A stretch of 42,218 bases of DNA from Myxococcales bacterium. GTDB taxonomy: Bacteria > Myxococcota_A > UBA9160 > SMWR01. The notes beneath the pieces are model-generated. The model did not search any database. It saw only the letters and a program-made list of their open reading frames with translations, and was not told the DNA's origin. Position 1 is the stretch's first letter, and the number at the start of each line of letters is the position of its first letter. Below are positions 35,915 through 42,218 of the stretch, piece by piece. The stretch lies in assembly GCA_029863845.1 (NCBI GenBank), contig JAOTUO010000002.1:1-42218 (forward strand). Reading direction: 5' to 3'. A program made the translations under genes and the position numbers.

Positions 35915-36808
35915 GTGGGAACGACGCACGCGGGAGATCCGATGGCCGAGTCGAGCTTCGAGGGGCGCACGTGCCTGGTCACCGGCGCCAGCTCCGGCGT
36001 CGGCGAGCAGACGGCGCTGGGTCTGGCCCGGCTCGGCGCCCGCGTCGTGATCGTGTGCCGCAGCCGCGAGCGGGGCGAGCGCTCACGCGCGGCGATCGTG
36101 CGGGCGAGCGGCAACCCGGCCGTGGAGCTCCTGCTCGCGGACCTGTCCTCCCAGGCGGCGATCCGCCAGCTCGCAAAGGAGATCCTGGCCGGCGTTCCCG
36201 CCATCCACGTGCTGGTGAACAACGCGGCGGTCGTGAACCTGCGGCGCGCGACGACGATCGACGGACTCGAGGCGACCTTCGCCGTGAACCACCTGGCCTA
36301 CTTCCTGCTGACGAACCTGCTGCGCGAGCGCATCGTCGCCAGCGCGCCGGCGCGGATCGTGAACGTGGCCTCCGACGGGCACAAGTTCGGCCGCCTCGAC
36401 TTCGACGACCTGCAGCTCGAGCGCCGCTACGGCTGGTGGCGCGCCTACACGGCCTCGAAGCTCGCGAACGTGCTCTTCACCGTCGAGCTGGCGCGGCGGC
36501 TCGACGGCAGCCGCGTCACCGCCAACTGCCTGCATCCGGGCGCGGTGGCTTCGCGGCTGGGCCACAACAACGGCCGCTTCGCGAAGGTCGCGACAGCGCT
36601 CCTCAAGCCCTTCTTCCTGTCTTCCGCCCAGGGCGCTGAGACGTCGATCTGGGCGGCGTCCTCCCCCGAGGTGGAAGGCCTGAGTGGCCGCTACTTCGAA
36701 AAACGCAAGGAAGGGCCCACGTCCGCCGCCGCCCGCGACGAGACGACGGCGAAACGCCTGTGGCAAGAAAGTTGCCGCCTCACCGGCCTCGCCGACGACT
36801 CCCTCTAG
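35915..36808 (+). CDS. short-chain dehydrogenase/reductase (retinol-dehydrogenase-like)
   Basis: TGASSGVG cofactor motif, NNAAV, and catalytic YTASKLAN (YxxxK). GTG at 35915 or ATG at 35942 as start. Confidence 0.85.
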   Translation: MGTTHAGDPMAESSFEGRTCLVTGASSGVGEQTALGLARLGARVVIVCRSRERGERSRAAIVRASGNPAVELLLADLSSQAAIRQLAKEILAGVPAIHVLVNNAAVVNLRRATTIDGLEATFAVNHLAYFLLTNLLRERIVASAPARIVNVASDGHKFGRLDFDDLQLERRYGWWRAYTASKLANVLFTVELARRLDGSRVTANCLHPGAVASRLGHNNGRFAKVATALLKPFFLSSAQGAETSIWAASSPEVEGLSGRYFEKRKEGPTSAAARDETTAKRLWQESCRLTGLADDSL

Positions 36809-36832
36809 TCTGACAGTCCGACCCGACCCAAA

Positions 36833-36994
36833 GGGGGCCCGGGCCGAGGGAAATCCCGCAGCGAAATCAAGCGCAGGCCGCCCTCGGTCTATGCGCGGCA
36901 GCACATCGCACCCGGGTGATTTCCTGCCCGCATGGCACGTGGCTCGTTGGCGGCCGAGCCATTCGCGGAGGGATTTCCCTCGGCCCGGGCCCCC
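36833..36994 (+). repeat. palindromic intergenic element, copy 2 (162 bp)
   Basis: Perfect 25-bp terminal inverted repeat GGGGGCCCGGGCCGAGGGAAATCCC / GGGATTTCCCTCGGCCCGGGCCCCC. It encloses the same box A and box B as copy 1 and a 72-nt core. Lies between the convergent stops of the SDR and AEC genes. Confidence 0.9.
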
Positions 36995-37013
36995 GTCGCC
37001 GCGCCTCTGCCTC

Positions 37014-37886
37014 CTAGGTCACGAGCAGCAGCACGACGGGAATCGAAATGAGGCTTGCGAGGGTTCCAAGCACGATGGCCGAAGCGACGAGCGACGGATC
37101 CGTTCCGTAGCGCTGGGCCAGCACCGCGTTGATCACCGCCGCCGGCATCACCGAGCTGAGCAGCAGCACCTGGCGGTCGACGCCCGCGATTCCGAACAGC
37201 AGCACGAACAGCGACGCGAACGCGATCCCGCCGCCCATGCGGATGGCGACGGCGACCAGAGCGTGGGCGAGGTCGGTCACCTGCAGCAACCGCAGCTGCA
37301 TGCCCAGATTCAGCAGCATCAGCGGGATCGCCATGGCGCCCAGCATCTCGATCGGCTCCATCACGATGCGCGGGAGCGTCGTCTCCGTCAGCGCCAGGCC
37401 GATGCCTCCCACGCTCGCGTACACCAGCGGCAGGCGCAGCGCCTCGCGCAGTCCGTTCTCGCCCTTGGCGATCCAGATGCCGAAGGTCGAGCTCAGGACG
37501 GCCATCGTCACGAACACGATGGCCGCCGCCTCGAGCCCCTCCGGACCGAAGGCGAGCCGCGCGCAGGCGAGCCCCATGTTGCCGGCGTTCCAGAACACCG
37601 CCGGCAGCAGCAACCCCCGCCGCGGGCCCGGCCGGACGCGGAGATAGACGAGCGCCAGCACCGCCGTGCCGGCGGCGATCCACAGCGTGCCCCCCGCCAG
37701 CGCGCCCCACTGGCGCGGCTGGAGGCTCGTTCCCGACAGCACCGAGAACATCAGGGCCGGCGAGGTGACCAGGATGGCGAGGTCGGCCAGGGTCGGCAGG
37801 TGGAGCCGAAAGCGCCGCCCCGCGAGGGCATAGCCGACCGCCACGATGCTGAAGACCGGGACGATGGTGTCGAAGACGAGGGCCAT
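37014..37886 (-). CDS. AEC (auxin efflux carrier) family permease
   Basis: 290 aa, about 10 hydrophobic helices. N-terminus MALVFDTIVPVFSIVAVGYAL and C-terminal SSVMPAAVINAVLAQRYG are typical of the membrane transport protein family. Confidence 0.8.
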   Translation of the reverse strand: MALVFDTIVPVFSIVAVGYALAGRRFRLHLPTLADLAILVTSPALMFSVLSGTSLQPRQWGALAGGTLWIAAGTAVLALVYLRVRPGPRRGLLLPAVFWNAGNMGLACARLAFGPEGLEAAAIVFVTMAVLSSTFGIWIAKGENGLREALRLPLVYASVGGIGLALTETTLPRIVMEPIEMLGAMAIPLMLLNLGMQLRLLQVTDLAHALVAVAIRMGGGIAFASLFVLLFGIAGVDRQVLLLSSVMPAAVINAVLAQRYGTDPSLVASAIVLGTLASLISIPVVLLLVT

Positions 37887-38007
37887 CCGGGCGCCCTACG
37901 CTACCGCGGGAGGGCGGCAGCGCCGAGACCCGGGCGCGGCCCGGTGAACCCCTCGCCGCGTCTCGCTTTTTCGCCGGCTTGACATCTCCCTCAAGTTCTC
38001 CAACACT

Positions 38008-38027
38008 ATATCCGCATAAACGGATAT
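38008..38027. promoter_or_regulatory. inverted repeat, candidate operator in the ahcY promoter region
   Basis: ATATCCG-cataaa-CGGATAT, perfect 7-bp arms. Lies just downstream of TTGACA (37979-37984) and a weak -10-like AACACT at 17-nt spacing, 58 nt upstream of the ahcY ATG. Confidence 0.3.
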
Positions 38028-38084
38028 CATCCCGACCGAACACCGCGTTCGGGCGTCCGCGCTCGAACCGTCAGGGGGACCCCC

Positions 38085-39554
38085 ATGACCGTCGCCACGC
38101 CGGCCTCCGCGCCGGAGCGCCCCGCCTTCAAGGTCGCCGACCTCGACCTCGCCGACCTCGGCCGCAAGGAGATCCGCCTCGCCGAGCACGAGATGCCCGG
38201 GCTGATGGCGGTGCGCGAGCGCTACGTGGAGAGCAAGCCCCTGGCCGGCGTCCGCATCATGGGCAGCCTGCACATGACGGTGCAGACGGCCGTCCTGATC
38301 GAGACGCTCGTCGACCTCGGCGCGGACGTGCGCTGGGTCAGCTGCAACATCTTCTCGACGCAGGATCACGCGGCGGCCGCCGTGGCCGTGGGACCCCACG
38401 GCACGCCGGAGTCGCCGCAGGGCACACCCGTCTTCGCGTGGAAGGGCGAGACGCTCGAGGAGTACTGGTGGTGCACGCTCGAGGCGCTCGCCTGGCCCGA
38501 CGGCTCCGGCCCCCACCAGATCGTGGACGACGGCGGCGACGCCACCCTGCTCGTGCACAAGGGCGTCGAGTTCGAGCAGGCCGGCAAGGTGCCCGACTTC
38601 GATCCCGACGCGGATCCCGAGGAGTGGGGCGTCATTCTCGACGTGCTGCGGCGGCAGCAGCGGCGCGACCCGCACTGGTGGACGCAAATCGCCGAGAGCA
38701 TCCGCGGCGTCTCCGAGGAAACGACCACCGGCGTGCACCGCCTCTACCAGATGCAGGAGGCCGGCACCCTGCTCTTCCCGGCCATCAACGTCAACGACTC
38801 CGTGACCAAGAGCAAGTTCGACAACGTCTACGGCTGCCGGCACTCGCTGCCCGACGGCCTGGCGCGCGCCACCGACGTGATGCTCGGAGGCAAGGTGGCG
38901 GTCGTCTGCGGCTACGGGGAGGTCGGCAAGGGCTGCGCCCAGGCGCTGCGCGGGCAGGGCTGCCGCGTCGTCATCACGGAGATCGATCCCATCTGCGCCC
39001 TCCAGGCGGCGATGGAGGGCTACCAGGTCGTGACGCTGGAGGACGTCGTCGCAACGGCCGACATCTTCGTCACGACGACGGGCAACCGCGACATCATCCG
39101 CGCCGATCACATGGCGCGCATGAAGGACAAGGCCATCGTCGGGAACATCGGCCACTTCGACAACGAGATCGACATGGCCGGCCTCAAGAAGCTGCCCGGC
39201 ATCGAGCGCGTGAACATCAAGCCCCAGTACGACGAGTGGATCTTCGCCGACGGGCACGGCGTGCTGGTGCTGGCCGAAGGGCGCCTGCTCAACCTGGGCT
39301 GCGCGACGGGACACCCGAGCTTCGTGATGTCCGCCTCGTTCACGAACCAGGTGCTGGCCCAGATCGAGCTGGTCCGGAACCGCGAGAAGTACGGACGGGA
39401 GGTCTACGTCCTGCCCAAGGCGCTCGACGAGGAGGTGGCGCGGCTCCACCTCGACCAGCTCGGCGTGAAGCTCACCCACCTGACGCCGGAGCAGGCGGAC
39501 TACCTCGGCGTTCCGGTCGACGGCCCCTACAAGCCCGACCACTATCGCTACTGA
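38085..39554 (+). CDS. ahcY: adenosylhomocysteinase
   Basis: 489 aa. [27 protein letters not shown]-binding [10 protein letters not shown] and C-terminal PYKPDHYRY. Unmistakable family. Confidence 0.97.
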   Translation: MTVATPASAPERPAFKVADLDLADLGRKEIRLAEHEMPGLMAVRERYVESKPLAGVRIMGSLHMTVQTAVLIETLVDLGADVRWVSCNIFSTQDHAAAAVAVGPHGTPESPQGTPVFAWKGETLEEYWWCTLEALAWPDGSGPHQIVDDGGDATLLVHKGVEFEQAGKVPDFDPDADPEEWGVILDVLRRQQRRDPHWWTQIAESIRGVSEETTTGVHRLYQMQEAGTLLFPAINVNDSVTKSKFDNVYGCRHSLPDGLARATDVMLGGKVAVVCGYGEVGKGCAQALRGQGCRVVITEIDPICALQAAMEGYQVVTLEDVVATADIFVTTTGNRDIIRADHMARMKDKAIVGNIGHFDNEIDMAGLKKLPGIERVNIKPQYDEWIFADGHGVLVLAEGRLLNLGCATGHPSFVMSASFTNQVLAQIELVRNREKYGREVYVLPKALDEEVARLHLDQLGVKLTHLTPEQADYLGVPVDGPYKPDHYRY

Positions 39555-39571
39555 GATCACCCCCTCGGCTC

Positions 39572-39603
39572 CGGCGGCGCGCAGAGGCCGCCGCGGAGGC
39601 CTC
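39572..39603 (+). terminator. two mutually exclusive GC hairpins after ahcY
   Basis: CGGCGGC-gcgcagag-GCCGCCG and GAGGCC-gccgcgga-GGCCTC share nucleotides. They lie 18-50 nt after the ahcY stop and 10 nt before the protease start. No U-tract. Confidence 0.25.
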
Positions 39604-39612
39604 CGCTAGAAT

Positions 39613-41598
39613 ATGAGGATGCGTAGACCGCGACCCCGCGCCGGGCAGCTGCCCGCCCTCCTGGGCGCGGGCCTCGCCGCGGCGTGGCTCGCGGCGGCGG
39701 CCCCCGCCGCGGCCGCTCTGCACTGCAGCCAGATCCCGGGGCTCGTCGACGCCTTCTTCCAGCACCACGTCGTCCATCACGAGCTGTCGGACGAGATCCA
39801 GGCGCGCGCGATCGACACCTTCCTCAAGCGGCTCGACCCCTCGCGCACCCTGTTCCTGGAATTCGAGGTCGAGGCCCTGCGCGCCTCGATGGCCGGGATC
39901 TTCGAGCAGATAAGGGCGGGCGACTGCAGTCGCGTCCTGCGACTGCACCAGAACCTCGTCGCGCGCCAGCGCAAAGTCGAGCAGTCGGTGCGGACGGTCG
40001 CGAGCGCAGAGGATTTCGAGCTGGATCCCTCCGTCACCTGGGTGCTCGATCCCGACGAGCGCGGCTACCCCGAGACCGAGGAAGAGCGGGCCGAGCTCCT
40101 CCGCAGCCGCATCCACTTCCAGATCTCGAACTATCTGAACGCCGGAGAGACGCTGGACGAGGCGAAGCGGCGTCTGATCCACCGCTACGAGCTGCGCAGC
40201 AAGCACCTCGCCGACGAGAGCCCGGAGCAGGTCTACGCCCAGTTCGTCGACGCCGTCGCCGCGTCGCTCGACCCCCACTCCAGCTACCTCTCGTCGGAGG
40301 TGCTCGAGGACTTCCGGATCGGCATGTCGCTGTCGCTCGAGGGCATCGGCGTCGCGCTCTCCGAGCGGGACGGCTACGCCGTGGCCGAGCGCATCATCCC
40401 CGGCGGCGCGGCCGATCGCCACAAGGGCCTCGAGCCCAAGGACAAGATCATCGCGGTCGCGCAGGACGGGGGCGAGTTCGTCGACATCATCGACATGCCG
40501 TTGCGCGATTCGGTCAGCCTGATTCGCGGGAAGAAGGGCACCAAGGTCGGACTCAGCATCCTCCGGGACGCGGAGAAGACCGAGCGTTTCTCGATCACGA
40601 TCGTCCGGGACAAGATCGACCTGTCGGAGCAGGCCGCGAAGCTGCGCTTCGAGGAGCGCGTGGTGAACGGCAAGCCGCTCAAGCTGGCGATCCTCGACCT
40701 CCCGTCCTTCTATGGCGATCCCGACCCCGGCAAGCGCCAGTCCTCGTCCGACGTCGCGACGCTCCTGCACCAGGTTCAGGAGGAGAAGGCCGACGGCCTC
40801 GTGCTCGACCTCTCCCGGAACGGCGGCGGCCTGCTGCAGCACGCCGTCACGATCTCGGGGTTCTTCCTCCGCAAGGGCGAGATCGTCGGCATCCAGGATT
40901 CGAACGGGCAGAGCCAGGTGCTCGTGGACCGCAACGAACGCGTTCTTTACCGCGGACCCCTGGTGGTCCACACCTCTCGCGCGAGCGCCTCGGCCTCCGA
41001 GATCCTCGCGGGAGCCTTGAAGGACTACCGGCGCGCGGTGATCGCGGGCGACGACCACACCTTCGGCAAGGGAACCGTCCAGACCGTCGCCGAGTACCCC
41101 CCCGGCCGGGGCGAGGGAGCGCTCAAGGTCACCACCCAGCTCTTCTTCCGGCCGGGCGGCCGTTCGACGCAGCACGGCGGCGTGAAGGCCGACGTGGTGA
41201 TCCCGTCGCTGCTGAGCAGCGACGACTTCGGCGAGGAGCACCAGCCCTACTCGCTGCTCAACCAGGAGGTCGCACCTTTCCTGGGCGACAAGGCCAACGG
41301 GCGCAACGGGTCGCCGGCGCGCTGGCGCCCCGTCACCAACGAGATGATCGCGACGCTGTCCAAACGCTCGCGGGCCCGCATCGACTCCAGCGAGGACTTC
41401 GCGAAGATCCGCGACAAGCTGCGGAAGGCCGATGAGAACGGGGGCGTCATCCGCCTGTCGGACATCATGAACGAGAAGGATGAGGCGAAGACGGAGGACG
41501 CCTCGGAGACGACGCTCGACCCGCACGAGGCGACCCTCACGACGCAGCTCGAGGAAGCGGTCAACGTGCTGGCGGACCTGATCGAGATCCAGGGCTGA
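39613..41598 (+). CDS. S41 family carboxy-terminal processing (tail-specific) protease
   Basis: 661 aa. Signal peptide. PDZ-like GIGVALSERDGYAVAERIIPGGAADRHKGLEPKDKIIAV. Catalytic Ser block SRASASASEILAGAL and Lys block TFGKGTVQ. Confidence 0.9.
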   Translation: MRMRRPRPRAGQLPALLGAGLAAAWLAAAAPAAAALHCSQIPGLVDAFFQHHVVHHELSDEIQARAIDTFLKRLDPSRTLFLEFEVEALRASMAGIFEQIRAGDCSRVLRLHQNLVARQRKVEQSVRTVASAEDFELDPSVTWVLDPDERGYPETEEERAELLRSRIHFQISNYLNAGETLDEAKRRLIHRYELRSKHLADESPEQVYAQFVDAVAASLDPHSSYLSSEVLEDFRIGMSLSLEGIGVALSERDGYAVAERIIPGGAADRHKGLEPKDKIIAVAQDGGEFVDIIDMPLRDSVSLIRGKKGTKVGLSILRDAEKTERFSITIVRDKIDLSEQAAKLRFEERVVNGKPLKLAILDLPSFYGDPDPGKRQSSSDVATLLHQVQEEKADGLVLDLSRNGGGLLQHAVTISGFFLRKGEIVGIQDSNGQSQVLVDRNERVLYRGPLVVHTSRASASASEILAGALKDYRRAVIAGDDHTFGKGTVQTVAEYPPGRGEGALKVTTQLFFRPGGRSTQHGGVKADVVIPSLLSSDDFGEEHQPYSLLNQEVAPFLGDKANGRNGSPARWRPVTNEMIATLSKRSRARIDSSEDFAKIRDKLRKADENGGVIRLSDIMNEKDEAKTEDASETTLDPHEATLTTQLEEAVNVLADLIEIQG

Positions 41599-41618
41599 CG
41601 ACCCGGAGGACCCGCGCG

Positions 41619-41888
41619 ATGGCGCTTCGCATCCTGAGCTCGCCCGGAACGCCGGATCGCGTGGTCTCCGATCTGCGCATGGCGATCGAGAGCGCGATCG
41701 ACGGGGCGGAGGTCGAGGTGACGGCGAGCAGTCCGGGACACTTCGAGATCCGCGTGACCAGCGACGCCTTCGCGGGCCGCTCCCGCGTCCAGCAGCAGCA
41801 GCTGGTGTACGCGGCGATCGCGCATCTGATGAAGGGGGACGCCGCCCCGGTCCACGCGATCGACCGGATGCAGACGCAGGTGCCGTAG
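41619..41888 (+). CDS. BolA family protein
   Basis: 89 aa. GHFEIRVTSDAFAGRSRVQQQQLVYAAI ... VHAI matches the BolA/IbaG signature layout. Confidence 0.75.
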   Translation: MALRILSSPGTPDRVVSDLRMAIESAIDGAEVEVTASSPGHFEIRVTSDAFAGRSRVQQQQLVYAAIAHLMKGDAAPVHAIDRMQTQVP

Positions 41889-41901
41889 CGGGACGCGGAG
41901 C

Positions 41902-42061
41902 GCGGCCGGAGCCGGAGGCAATCCCTCCGCGAATGGCTCGGCCATCCCTTGAGAAGGACTTCGTTCGCCTTCGGCTCACTGCGCGGCGGCTCCGCCGCCT
42001 TGCGAAGATTGGGTTGGCCTGCGCTTGATTTCGCTGCGGGATTGCCTCCGGCTCCGGCCGC
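41902..42061 (-). repeat. palindromic intergenic element, copy 3 (160 bp, inverted orientation)
   Basis: Perfect 24-bp terminal inverted repeat GCGGCCGGAGCCGGAGGCAATCCC / GGGATTGCCTCCGGCTCCGGCCGC. The plus strand shows the complement of box B (TCCGCGAATGGCTCGGCC) first and the complement of box A (GGCCTGCGCTTGATTTCGCTGC) last. 72-nt core. Confidence 0.9.
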
Positions 42062-42092
42062 TTTGGCGCATTTCGGCTCCGGTCGCTTCGCC

Positions 42093-42218
42093 TCAGCGTC
42101 GCGCGCGCTTTGCCTTGCTGGGGGGCTCTCGGCGGTTTCGCGCCGCCCGACGCATTTCGGCGAGGGTCATGAGGCGGCCGGTGGCGCCGAGGGCGGTGCA
42201 GTTGAGCGCGGCGGCGCG
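42093..42218 (-). CDS. 3-prime end of a PfkB/ribokinase-family sugar kinase (partial, runs off the window)
   Basis: The minus-strand frame reads ...AAALNCTALGATGRLMTLAEMRRAARNRREPPSKAKRARR-stop. AAALNCTALGA resembles the C-terminal anion-hole helix of PfkB kinases. Only 41 codons are visible. Confidence 0.35.
   Translation of the reverse strand, partial: RAAALNCTALGATGRLMTLAEMRRAARNRREPPSKAKRARR

Noticed and set aside
37979-38084. SAH riboswitch upstream of ahcY
   Set aside because: I could not find the conserved SAH-riboswitch core elements as I remember them (AGGAGCGC, CAGGAAC, AACGGCGCUCA-type segments) or the H-type pseudoknot pairing. This needs cmsearch to be definitive.
37896-41979. 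Long minus-strand ORFs 37896-39560 (554 aa) and 39472-41979 (835 aa)
   Set aside because: Antisense to ahcY and the S41 protease, which are unmistakable. They are shadow ORFs.

Overview
Very G+C-rich bacterial chromosomal segment (judged by eye, not computed), densely coding on both strands. I support about 31 protein genes and find no rRNA, tRNA, CRISPR array, transposase, integrase or reverse transcriptase. Gene order, left to right: (1) a respiratory operon of a membrane protein, a Rieske protein, a b6-like cytochrome b and a nine-haem cytochrome c; (2) an Eis-like GNAT and a GT2 glycosyltransferase, divergently transcribed; (3) asnS, an aldehyde dehydrogenase and addAB on the minus strand; (4) an iron locus (bfd, bfr) followed by a TerB-like and a DUF362 gene; (5) a cyclophilin, an aminotransferase, an epimerase-type SDR and a C26 amidotransferase; (6) a lipid-flavoured block with a PlsC acyltransferase facing a minus-strand run of GATase, HpnN-like RND/MMPL transporter, DCC thiol oxidoreductase and sulfotransferase; (7) an LLM oxidoreductase and an amidohydrolase; (8) a visibly less G+C-rich block with two paralogous secreted proteins, a 950-aa Cys-rich multi-module protein and a 254-aa PEP-CTERM protein; (9) ChaC, an SDR, an AEC permease, ahcY, an S41 tail-specific protease, a BolA-family gene and a partial PfkB-type kinase. 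Many long ORFs in the six-frame track are Arg/Ala/Pro/Gly-rich antisense or out-of-frame artefacts of high G+C and were rejected. The best leads are these. (a) A family of long palindromic intergenic elements occurs three times, always between convergent genes; the inner boxes are invariant and the outer stems are copy-specific but perfectly compensated. (b) The surface-protein pair shares an N-terminal domain but carries different C-terminal sorting signals, contains an unrecognised ~150-aa Cys-rich module with an H-x-S-C-S signature, and has a near-consensus sigma-54 promoter with upstream repeats. (c) The Rieske/cytochrome b operon has a membrane-anchored nine-haem protein as its c-type partner, and that gene has no canonical start codon near its signal peptide. 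Lineage is only an inference: the sorting signals, AddAB and multihaem bc complex fit Myxococcota or a related deltaproteobacterial-type group.
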